Below the pieces are notes generated by a model. The model made no database searches. It was not told the DNA's origin and was given only the letters and a program-made list of their open reading frames with translations. 15,154 nt of DNA from an uncultured Methanosarcinales archaeon (lineage in GTDB: Archaea; Nanobdellota; Nanobdellia; Woesearchaeales; CAZYIM01), in contig CAZYIM010000048.1 in NCBI GenBank assembly GCA_964647565.1, positions 1 to 15,154 on the forward strand. Reading direction: 5' to 3'. This document shows, piece after piece, positions 1 to 7,629 of the stretch (position 1 is its first letter; each line of letters opens with the position of its first letter). A program made the translations under genes and the position numbers.

Positions 1-1
1 C

Positions 2-319
2 TATAGCGACACTGGCCGTGTTGAGCTTGTAGAGGATGATGAGATAACTCCTGAAGAAGAAGCCTTTATGCAGGGCTATGAACAAGAGACTGAGGAGAAG
101 CCCAAGACAGATGTAGATGAGATCTATGCTTCTGCTTTTGAAGGTGCATCATCCAAGAAGAAAAGGTCTGTTGCTTATAAGAAACCTGCTAAGAAGAAGC
201 CTAAGCCTAAACCAAAGAAAAAAGCTAAAACTAAGGCCAAGAAGAAGGCTGTCAAAAAGAAACCAGCTAAGAAGTCTAAACCTAAGAAAGCTGTAAAAAA
301 AGGAAAAAAGAAAAAATAA
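2..319 (+). CDS. Hypothetical protein, 5'-truncated by window edge; acidic segment followed by Lys/Ala/Pro-rich histone-H1-like tail
   Basis: Frame of the 68..319 ORF stays open to base 2 (YSDTGRVELVEDDEITPEEEAFMQGY...), so the ATG at 68 is probably internal; C-terminus is KKPAKKKPKPK...KKGKKKK. Confidence 0.75.
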   Translation, partial: YSDTGRVELVEDDEITPEEEAFMQGYEQETEEKPKTDVDEIYASAFEGASSKKKRSVAYKKPAKKKPKPKPKKKAKTKAKKKAVKKKPAKKSKPKKAVKKGKKKK

Positions 320-324
320 TAAAT

Positions 325-2250
325 TTATAACACATCAAGTTCAAGCTTTTTCTCAGAGATGTTCTTTTTCAGCGTATCTATGAACTCATCCAGCTTGACA
401 TCAAACTTGAGCTTTCCATCCAAGGTCCTGACTGCAATGGTCTGCTTCTGCTCTTCCTTCTCTCCAACATTAATGATTAGGGGGATCTTCTGCAATTGAG
501 CATCCCTGACCTTTCTTCCAACACTCTCTGTACGAAAGTCCATCTCTGCCCTGATTCCAGCTTCAACAAGTTTCTTATGAATCTCTGTACCATAGCCATT
601 GAACTTCTCTGAAACTGTAAGTACAACAGCTTGTACAGGCGCAAACCATAACGGGAACCTGCCTGCAAAGTGTTCGACAATTATGCCAATAAATCGCTCA
701 AGCGCACCATAAATGACCCTATGTATCATCACAGGTCTGTGCTTGGTGCCATCCTTGCCTTCGTATGTCATGTCGAATCTTTCAGGCAAACTCATATCCA
801 GCTGGATTGTGGCGCACTGCCATGTCCTGCCGATAGCATCTGTGACATGTACATCTATCTTTGGGCCGTAGAATGCGCCGTCTCCTGGATTGATCTTGTA
901 CGGTTTCTTGGACTTGTCAAGGGCTTCTTTGAGCTTGCTTGTGGTCAATTCCCAGTCTTTGTCAGATCCTATTGACTTCTCAGGCCTTGTAGACAACTCT
1001 AGATAGTATGACAGGTTAAAGACCTTGTAAAAGCGGTCAACCAGGTTCAACACACCCAAGACCTCATCAACTATCTGGTCTTCTGTCATGAAGATGTGCG
1101 CATCATCCTGATGGAAGCATCTTACCCTAAAAAGACCTGCTAGTGTACCTGAAAGTTCGTGTCTATGCACTAATCCTACTTCGCCAGCACGAATTGGAAG
1201 TTCCCTATAGGAATGTACTTTTTCATTGTAGATCAGCATTCCGCCAGGACAGTTCATGGGCTTGACTGCAAAATCCTGGTTGTCGATCTTGGTTGTATAC
1301 ATGTTTTCCCTGTAGTTCTCCCAATGGCCTGATTTTTCCCATAATACCCTGTTAAGGATTATAGGGGTTTTGAACTCAACATAGCCAGCCTTTTGGTGCT
1401 CCTCTCTCCAGAACTTCATAAGCTCATTCCAGATGACCATACCCTTGGGCAGGAAGAATGGACAGCCTGGTGCTTCGTCATGGAAGCTGTACAGCTCTAG
1501 TTGCTTGCCGATCTTCCTATGATCCCGTTTTTCAGCCTCTTCCAGCCGCTTAAGATAAGCGTTCAGTTGTTTCTTGTCTGGAAAACTGACGCCGTAAATA
1601 CGCTGTAAAGGCTTGCTTTTTGCATCCCCTCTCCAATAGGCCCCAGAGACTTTTGTCAGCTTAAAAGCCTTTATTTTAGCTGTGGAAACAATATGCGGTC
1701 CTCTGCACAGATCTATAAAGTCGCCATTCTTGTAAATGGATAGCTTTTGGCCTTCTTCAGCAAACTCTTCAATAAGCTCAATCTTGAATGGATTGTCCTT
1801 GAAGATCTTCAGTGCTTCTGCCTTGTTAAGTTCCTGCCTTACAAAGGGATGATCCTCCTCAGCAAACTTCTGCATCTGCTTCTCAATCCGCTCCAGATCA
1901 GACGGCTTCAACGGTTTGATATCTATATCATAATAGAAGCCGCCCTCTACTGTAGGTCCGATTGTCAGCTTTGCAGCAGGATAGAGCTTCAATATAGCCA
2001 TAGCCATCAGATGCGCTGAGCTGTGGTGGAAAACCTCCTGTCCCTCATGCGTATCATATGTAATGAACTCTACTTTAGCATTCTCTTCAATCGACCTGTT
2101 CATGTCAAACAGGCTGTTGTTGACCTTAGCAGCCAAAGCAGCATCTGCTAACCTTGGCCCAATACCCTTGACGATCTCCTCTGGCTTTACGCCTTTATCA
2201 TATTCCTTTTTGGAGCCGTCTGGAAACTCAATTGTTATTTTATTTGACAT
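325..2250 (-). CDS. thrS: Threonine--tRNA ligase, bacterial-type (TGS + N2 editing + class II core + anticodon-binding domain), 641 aa
   Basis: Motifs ITIEFPDGS (TGS), HSSAH and DLCRGPH (editing), KPMNCPG, FYGPKID, WQCATIQLD, IHRVIYG. True start is the ATG at 2250, preceded by the RBS GGTGA (2256-2260); the extension to 2394 in the ORF track is structured leader RNA. Confidence 0.97.
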   Translation of the reverse strand: MSNKITIEFPDGSKKEYDKGVKPEEIVKGIGPRLADAALAAKVNNSLFDMNRSIEENAKVEFITYDTHEGQEVFHHSSAHLMAMAILKLYPAAKLTIGPTVEGGFYYDIDIKPLKPSDLERIEKQMQKFAEEDHPFVRQELNKAEALKIFKDNPFKIELIEEFAEEGQKLSIYKNGDFIDLCRGPHIVSTAKIKAFKLTKVSGAYWRGDAKSKPLQRIYGVSFPDKKQLNAYLKRLEEAEKRDHRKIGKQLELYSFHDEAPGCPFFLPKGMVIWNELMKFWREEHQKAGYVEFKTPIILNRVLWEKSGHWENYRENMYTTKIDNQDFAVKPMNCPGGMLIYNEKVHSYRELPIRAGEVGLVHRHELSGTLAGLFRVRCFHQDDAHIFMTEDQIVDEVLGVLNLVDRFYKVFNLSYYLELSTRPEKSIGSDKDWELTTSKLKEALDKSKKPYKINPGDGAFYGPKIDVHVTDAIGRTWQCATIQLDMSLPERFDMTYEGKDGTKHRPVMIHRVIYGALERFIGIIVEHFAGRFPLWFAPVQAVVLTVSEKFNGYGTEIHKKLVEAGIRAEMDFRTESVGRKVRDAQLQKIPLIINVGEKEEQKQTIAVRTLDGKLKFDVKLDEFIDTLKKNISEKKLELDVL

Positions 2251-2304
2251 TATTATCACCTTTGTTGTGTTTGTATGCTTTGATTTTAAATAGTTTACCT
2301 TTAG

Positions 2305-2530
2305 AACCTGCCTTCCCTGGCGAAAGACGGCCAAACGCTTTGCGTTTGTCCTACGAGGCACCCCACAGGGGTTCCCCCGCCTCGTCTTTGCCAAGGCAGG
2401 TTAAAACCATCTTGCCTCGTTACCTTCGGCAATCATGCCAATCAGGGCACAGACGGTCTTGGCTTTCGACTTTTTGTTCCTTTTCCAGGCCGCTTGCCCC
2501 AGGTTAACAACGCCCATGACTTATGCCTGT
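2305..2530 (-). promoter_or_regulatory. GC-rich structured RNA upstream of thrS (multibranched fold with alternative pairings)
   Basis: Perfect 10-bp stem AACCUGCCUU (2402-2393)/AAGGCAGGUU (2314-2305); AAAGACG/CGUCUUU; ACGAGGC/GCCUCGU; CAAACGC-AAA-GCGUUUG (2348-2332); ACCCC-UGU-GGGGU (2372-2360). Visibly more GC-rich than other intergenic DNA here. Confidence 0.75.
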
Positions 2531-2549
2531 TGAGAGAACAATGAAAAGA

Positions 2550-2636
2550 TTATATAGTTGTAGTGGTGGTTGTAGAACTAGCTAAGAAAAAGTGCTTTGA
2601 TCCGACATTCGATTTGTTTTCGATATTGTTCTTCAT
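2550..2636 (-). CDS. Thr-rich leader peptide, 28 aa (MKNNIENKSNVGSKHFFLASSTTTTTTI), thrL-like
   Basis: ATG at 2636, RBS AGGTGG at 2648-2643, six tandem Thr codons ACA ACC ACC ACT ACA ACT (2573-2556), TAA at 2552-2550; co-oriented with and upstream of thrS. Confidence 0.85.
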   Translation of the reverse strand: MKNNIENKSNVGSKHFFLASSTTTTTTI

Positions 2637-2672
2637 TTATGTCCACCTATTCCGACTGATAAATAGTATATA

Positions 2673-2688
2673 CTTATAAATGTTTTTA
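2673..2688 (-). promoter_or_regulatory. BRE/TATA promoter for leader peptide-thrS transcript
   Basis: TAAAAACA-TTTATAAG on minus strand, about 25 nt before the leader RBS; similar CGAAACATTTATATA boxes precede the 5742 and 11085 minus-strand genes. Confidence 0.65.
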
Positions 2689-2780
2689 CTCCAGAGGACG
2701 ACTAAAAACAAAAAGTTTAAATATGTGCGACCTCAAAAACAGACTATTAATCATTATTATAAATTAGCTGAGGTGTTAGG

Positions 2781-4028
2781 ATGAAAAAGAAGATAATCTT
2801 ATTGGTTGTAATAATGGCATTAATGGTAATGCCCGCATTTGTAACTGCCAATGCTTTTGAAAGCATTTTTGATGTTATTAATGATGGTGCGGAACTTCTT
2901 ATGGGCAAACAAAGATCTACTAAAGAATCATTAAAAGATCTTCCTCAGGATGAGTTATGGAAACCTGTCTTATTGACAATGGCGTTAGTCGGAGGTCTTG
3001 TATCTGCAGGTCTTGCAAATATCAAGCTCTTTGATAAGAAAAAAGGCGCCGTAACTACAATTGCAATAATAATGGCTATTGCCACTGTTAGTTCACCAAT
3101 AACAGGCGTAATCTGGTCTATGAATTGGATACTTATAGGCGGTATGTTGATTTGTGTACTAGTATTCTTAGTCTTGAGTGTAGTCAGATCTTCAAAAGCC
3201 TCATCTGAAAGGGCGAAAGTCGATCTGACAAAAATGAAGTCTGATCAAGCATCCGCTGAAAAAGACTTAAAATATGCTGAAAAAGACAGAGCAATTGCAG
3301 AGAGTGAACTTCGCAATGAAGAGAAAATGATTGATAATGAAACACAATCAATGAATTATGCAATGAATAGCATAGATATGTTAAGCAGTTTAGGAAAAGA
3401 CGAGCTTAGAGATCTAGAAGCGATCTTAGATATAGTCAAGCAGCTATCATATGTAAGCGATGAAAGGGATGCAGCAAAACTAAAAGAGAGCGCTTTGCGA
3501 GCATTATCTGCTGCGGCTTCCGCAATAACTCATAAAAGAGAATCTATCGCTAAACTTGAAAAAGAAATGAAAAATATTCAGGGATATGAACATGAAGGCC
3601 TTGGAATGGAAGTTGATTTGTCTAAAATAGAAACAAAGCTTATTGAGCTATATAAGCGAAATGTTGGTACTGCACCTGGCGCTGCAACTAATAAGATGAA
3701 AACCCTAAAAGCTTTTGCTCAAAGGACCTATGAATTCTTTAGGGAAAGAGATACTCTAATCAAAGAATTGGCTGCTGAGATAGATTCATTTGATAAAAGG
3801 GATCAACAAGCAAATCAGCATGTACAGAACATCATCTCAAGGTTGCACGAGAATAATTTCCCTTCAGCACTTACTGAAATAAATAATGCGATAACATTAA
3901 AGAAACAGACAGTGACCGCAACCCAAAGATTTAAGGCATTCTCTGACAGGATAGACGCATTAGCAGCTGAGCTTAACAAATTATTTAAAGCAACTGGAGC
4001 GGAAATAGAAGCAGTAGTTAATAAATAG
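2781..4028 (+). CDS. Membrane-anchored coiled-coil hypothetical protein (signal peptide, ~3 TM helices, long helical domain)
   Basis: RBS GAGGTG at 2770-2775; MKKKIILLVVIMALM signal-like start; hydrophobic segments, then ~280 aa of heptad-like E/K/A/L-rich sequence. Confidence 0.8.
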   Translation: MKKKIILLVVIMALMVMPAFVTANAFESIFDVINDGAELLMGKQRSTKESLKDLPQDELWKPVLLTMALVGGLVSAGLANIKLFDKKKGAVTTIAIIMAIATVSSPITGVIWSMNWILIGGMLICVLVFLVLSVVRSSKASSERAKVDLTKMKSDQASAEKDLKYAEKDRAIAESELRNEEKMIDNETQSMNYAMNSIDMLSSLGKDELRDLEAILDIVKQLSYVSDERDAAKLKESALRALSAAASAITHKRESIAKLEKEMKNIQGYEHEGLGMEVDLSKIETKLIELYKRNVGTAPGAATNKMKTLKAFAQRTYEFFRERDTLIKELAAEIDSFDKRDQQANQHVQNIISRLHENNFPSALTEINNAITLKKQTVTATQRFKAFSDRIDALAAELNKLFKATGAEIEAVVNK

Positions 4029-4036
4029 AGCTAATA

Positions 4037-4059
4037 CTTTATTTTTTTATTTCTTTTTT
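4037..4059 (+). terminator. Oligo-T archaeal terminator for 2781..4028
   Basis: CTTTATTTTTTTATTTCTTTTTT immediately after the stop codon. Confidence 0.5.
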
Positions 4060-4267
4060 ATTTAGGCTTGGTTGTAGTATATGGCAATTTAGCCCTGAAA
4101 AGAACATTAAAATGATCTGATAAGGTCATCTCATCATGATATTTTATCCTTCTTGAAACGTATTTATTAGATGTTTTAAACGGTACAAGTTTCACTTTTG
4201 GTGTCCTTTTATAATCAATAGTATCATGATAGGTTTCATTGATTTTAAAGCATAAACGATCAAACAT
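4058..4267 (-). CDS. Possible small hypothetical protein (69 aa, MFDRLCFKINE...)
   Basis: Non-overlapping 3' part of the 4058..4453 ORF fills the gap after 4293..5009; no clear RBS. Confidence 0.35.
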   Translation of the reverse strand: MFDRLCFKINETYHDTIDYKRTPKVKLVPFKTSNKYVSRRIKYHDEMTLSDHFNVLFRAKLPYTTTKPK

Positions 4268-4292
4268 GCTAAGTGTTGGCGTCGCTTCTTGT

Positions 4293-5009
4293 TCAGTTGT
4301 CTGTTCTTGCGTTGTTGTTTGAGCTATAAGATGGAACACGAATCTTTCTTGTCGTATTCGTTGCATCTGCTGCAAGAATATTTGCATCTTGGGTGAAGTA
4401 GGTTGATTTGTTCCTGTTAAAGATCTTGAGTTTAGGACCTGCTTTCTTAGCATCTTGGTATTCTGCCAACACTTTGCTCATGTAATCGCTTGCTTTCTTG
4501 GCATTCTTTAACCGCATGCCTGACAGTGAAGCAGCAAGGGATTGCATTTTTTTTATCTTGGAATATATTTCTACAACATTAAACTCATAAATAACCTGCA
4601 CATTTGGTGAATTCATTAAGTGAATGTAATTTGTTGCCATATCTCTTATGTTTTTCTCTGTTGGTTTCTTTTTATTCGAAACCTCTGATATTTCATTAAC
4701 CCAGCCTCTGACTTCTGTATGTTCCTCGTCTGTTTGGCTCAAGCTCTGTTGTACAGCGCTTTCAAGGGCAGCATATGATTGATCGATGGGATCAGAATTA
4801 TCTCTTAGTTGAAAATTAGCTTCAGTAGATTCAGTTACTTGAGGTGTATAAAAGCCTTCATCTGATATGCTATGATCAAGATCAGTATATGCATGGGTGC
4901 TAAACCTAGCATCCCTTATGCTTTTATCATTTGGTAGAATAATAGATTCATACAACTCTTTTGACCTGATGAAATGTTTTAGGAATGTTTCAGCTCTTGC
5001 TTCTTGCAT
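4293..5009 (-). CDS. Hypothetical protein, diverged paralogue of 5050..5742
   Basis: RBS GAGGTGAG before the ATG; colinear motifs shared with the neighbour (E..Y.P.V; Q.Y...E..V.Q.L; YEFN....Y). Confidence 0.75.
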   Translation of the reverse strand: MQEARAETFLKHFIRSKELYESIILPNDKSIRDARFSTHAYTDLDHSISDEGFYTPQVTESTEANFQLRDNSDPIDQSYAALESAVQQSLSQTDEEHTEVRGWVNEISEVSNKKKPTEKNIRDMATNYIHLMNSPNVQVIYEFNVVEIYSKIKKMQSLAASLSGMRLKNAKKASDYMSKVLAEYQDAKKAGPKLKIFNRNKSTYFTQDANILAADATNTTRKIRVPSYSSNNNARTDN

Positions 5010-5049
5010 TTTAACTCACCTCGAATTTTAAAAAATGATTAAAAAAAAT

Positions 5050-5742
5050 TTATAATTTCTGCAAATAAATTAGGTTTGCAGCTGTATCGATTGATAATTT
5101 ACCGTTATAAGATCCTTCCATCTTACCAATCTTTTTATGCCGTTTAATAGCTGCTTTTGCAGTCAAATTAGCTGCCTGAGCACCCTGACATCCATTATTT
5201 TCTGTTTGCTTTGCTATTTCAGTTACTAGATGATATAGGTTCTTGGCATTGAATTCATAGCTAAAGCTTGTATGTGAATGTAGAGTTACCAAATTGGTTC
5301 TTATTTCGTCAAATGTTTTCCTTCCTGGTGAAGAAATAAAAGTTTGTGCGGCCTTAACTCTTTCTGTTTTTGCTTCTTCAGAAGTTAAAGCTTGTCCGAC
5401 ACCTTGCTCAAAGTTTTGATATCCTTGTTCAAAATCAGATACTTTAAAATCATTTTGATTAAAAGGTAAAACAGCTCTAACATCAACACAAGGGATATAT
5501 GTTCTTTCTGCGTCTAATTCAGCTTCTAATGGCTTGAATTTGGCTTTTAATCTTAATGCATCTCCGCCATACTGAGAAATTGGAGACTTATCTTCTCCAA
5601 AATTAATTGGTGTTTCATCTTCTCTTTGTACGGTTCGCTGTCTTGTTTGCATGTTTGCAACGGCATCAAGAATTGCCATGTAATCATTAACAAAGTTAGA
5701 AATTTGATCTGAATTGATTTTTTTCTTTGTTCTTATGTTCAT
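5050..5742 (-). CDS. Hypothetical protein, diverged paralogue of 4293..5009
   Basis: RBS GGGTGAT; promoter CGAAACATTTATATA at about 5801-5787; 230-aa ORF. Confidence 0.75.
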   Translation of the reverse strand: MNIRTKKKINSDQISNFVNDYMAILDAVANMQTRQRTVQREDETPINFGEDKSPISQYGGDALRLKAKFKPLEAELDAERTYIPCVDVRAVLPFNQNDFKVSDFEQGYQNFEQGVGQALTSEEAKTERVKAAQTFISSPGRKTFDEIRTNLVTLHSHTSFSYEFNAKNLYHLVTEIAKQTENNGCQGAQAANLTAKAAIKRHKKIGKMEGSYNGKLSIDTAANLIYLQKL

Positions 5743-5892
5743 TGGTTATCACCCATTCAATTGTAACTACTTTATAATAGTATTAATATATAAATGTTTC
5801 GGTTTCAGTCCGGATATCCTCCGACATGAACCAAAAACTCTCCGGTTTTTTCTAGACAAAATATAAATTACTCGGAAAACATACGGTTAACT

Positions 5893-6591
5893 ATGGCTGA
5901 GACAACTCAAACCCCAACTTTGTATGAACAGATCGATGATCTGCAATATTCACCAAGGCTCTACAAGCGGGCCACTGCAGAAAAGAATATTGTGCTGTTT
6001 CTTCGATATCACGAGAACAGGAAGACAACAGATGATAAGAATTATCAAACAATTAATGACAAGTTCAAGAATATAATATTCCAGCAGACTGAGCTTACCT
6101 ATAAAGATTATGAGCCCATCAACCAACTGGAGCAATACCTATTGAATTTAGCTCGAATACAAAGTATTGGTAAGATGGGCGTCTCAGGTAACCGCAAGGA
6201 ATACAAAGAAGGGCTCACAAAACTAATAAAAAAGATAATCAAAAAAGACGATAGCTACAAAACTCTTGATAGAAAAGGAAAAAAGACCTTAATGAACAAG
6301 GCCACAATATATGCACACACAGCCGCAAATATACGGAATGATAGTTTTAATTTATACTGCAGACGTGCTAAGTTAAGAACAGACTTTGAAAAGCTAGTAG
6401 ATACATATAATCATTTTAGCCAGAACTACAAATTGGCTATAATAAAGAATATTGATTTTATGCCTGAACTAAAGGATAAAGATGTTACAAAAATAAAGGC
6501 TGAAAACAACCTGCTCATGAACTTAAAAGGTATTAAAAAAATCATGACTTGTGATGCAATGCAATTCTGTTTAGAAGTGCTCAATCCTTAA
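5893..6591 (+). CDS. Hypothetical basic, helical protein
   Basis: 232-aa ORF with TATA-like ATATAAAT about 25-30 nt upstream (leaderless-type); 11-bp convergent overlap with the HDAC gene. Confidence 0.7.
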   Translation: MAETTQTPTLYEQIDDLQYSPRLYKRATAEKNIVLFLRYHENRKTTDDKNYQTINDKFKNIIFQQTELTYKDYEPINQLEQYLLNLARIQSIGKMGVSGNRKEYKEGLTKLIKKIIKKDDSYKTLDRKGKKTLMNKATIYAHTAANIRNDSFNLYCRRAKLRTDFEKLVDTYNHFSQNYKLAIIKNIDFMPELKDKDVTKIKAENNLLMNLKGIKKIMTCDAMQFCLEVLNP

Positions 6592-7408
6592 TTAGAAGGT
6601 TTACGCCGTCTCTTATGCTTTCAGCTGAATAACCACCCTCGAGCAGATAAAAGGTCTTATATGGCTTTAAAATGGCTTTAAGCACATCATAGCTTTTCCC
6701 GGTAATCCTAAAGCCGACGCCAGGATGAAGCACGTCAAGATCAGTACAATAGCTGTCAAAACCAGCGCTTACGCCTACAATATCAGGATCAAATTTCTCA
6801 AGCTCCACTTTCAATTTCTTCTCTAATATGCTTATATAGCCAACATCACTAGTCTGATAAGGCATAGGGATGTTCACACAGTTTCTTTCAGGGTACTGCC
6901 CGGTTCCAGGATACATGGGTGATTGGTGTATAGAAAAGAACATTGCATTCTCCTCACCTAATAATATATCCTGCGTCCCATTGCCATGGTGCAGGTCAAT
7001 ATCAAGTACAAAGACCCTTTTGCCTTCAGAAACAAGCTTTTTAGCGACTATGCCCATATTATTGAATATGCAAAAACCCATCGACTGATCACGAGTAGCG
7101 TGATGCCCTGGAGGCCTTACTAGTGCAAATGCACTGTCTTCTGCAGCTTTAATCGCAGCTCCAACCGCATAACAAGCAGCTTCGTAACTCTTCTCATTAG
7201 TATAAGTATCTCCGTCGAGCCAGGCCCCCCTTTTACTGGCTTCTTTAACAGCGTCAATCATGCGTTTTGTATGTGCCAAAGAAAGATATTTCTCCCCATT
7301 TTCAACTACAGTCTCCTCTAACTCTTTGAAGTATTTCAGTCTTGTATTGTTCTCTGGATGCTGAGGATTGTTATGCTCCAAAAATTTTTTATTAAAAATC
7401 AGTTTCAT
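6581..7408 (-). CDS. Histone deacetylase family (Zn-dependent amidohydrolase) protein
   Basis: HPE, RPPGHHA, GFCIFNN, DIDLHHGNGTQD, SAGFD and EGGY motifs all present. Confidence 0.95.
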   Translation of the reverse strand: MKLIFNKKFLEHNNPQHPENNTRLKYFKELEETVVENGEKYLSLAHTKRMIDAVKEASKRGAWLDGDTYTNEKSYEAACYAVGAAIKAAEDSAFALVRPPGHHATRDQSMGFCIFNNMGIVAKKLVSEGKRVFVLDIDLHHGNGTQDILLGEENAMFFSIHQSPMYPGTGQYPERNCVNIPMPYQTSDVGYISILEKKLKVELEKFDPDIVGVSAGFDSYCTDLDVLHPGVGFRITGKSYDVLKAILKPYKTFYLLEGGYSAESIRDGVNLLIKD

Positions 7409-7452
7409 GATTTTGGGTAATTTCTATTTTTTAAAATAAAAATTGTTCTGTA

Positions 7453-7489
7453 AAATATATTTTCAATCGCATCTAAAACTTTTAAGCAA
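7453..7489 (+). repeat. Left copy of 37-bp imperfect direct repeat (partner 12467..12503)
   Basis: AAATATATTTTCAATcgcaTCTAAAActTTTAAGCAA vs AAATATATTTTCAATagttTCTAAAAtaTTTAAGCAA; 32/37 identical by manual alignment. Confidence 0.75.
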
Positions 7490-7526
7490 AAACTAGAAAT
7501 CTTAGAATCTATTTTTTTCATTAATT

Positions 7527-7590
7527 TATTGTAAAACCAATATATTGTTGAAACAATATATCATCCATTATATGTGTTGTATAACCAATA
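7527..7590. repeat. Phased array of 16-bp palindromes TATTG-N6-CAATA (putative protein-binding sites)
   Basis: TATTGTAAAACCAATA (7527), TATTGTTGAAACAATA (7543), degenerate unit (7559), TGTTGTATAACCAATA (7575); followed by TTTATAAA at 7593-7600. Confidence 0.75.
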
Positions 7591-7629
7591 TATTTATAAA
7601 GTTTAAAAGTTTTAAGCAATGATAGAAAA

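Noticed and set aside
2251..2394. 48-aa N-terminal extension of ThrRS in the ORF track
   Set aside because: It translates the structured leader; the ATG at 2250 has a GGTGA RBS and starts the TGS domain.
477..2507. Short ORFs 477..680, 670..975, 1747..2019, 2063..2293 and 2232..2507
   Set aside because: Shadow or alternate-frame ORFs on thrS and its leader.
2556..2573. Thr run as a simple trinucleotide microsatellite
   Set aside because: Third positions vary (ACA, ACC, ACT) while Thr is kept, and the run is in frame with an RBS-preceded ATG.
2290..2640. T-box riboswitch, SRP RNA or RNase P RNA upstream of thrS
   Set aside because: No GGUGGNACC T-box on the sense strand, no SRP helix-8 CAGG-GGAA-AGCA motif, no RNase P GAGGAAAGUCC.
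7527..7590. CRISPR array
   Set aside because: Units are abutting 16-mers without spacers, and there are no cas genes in the window.
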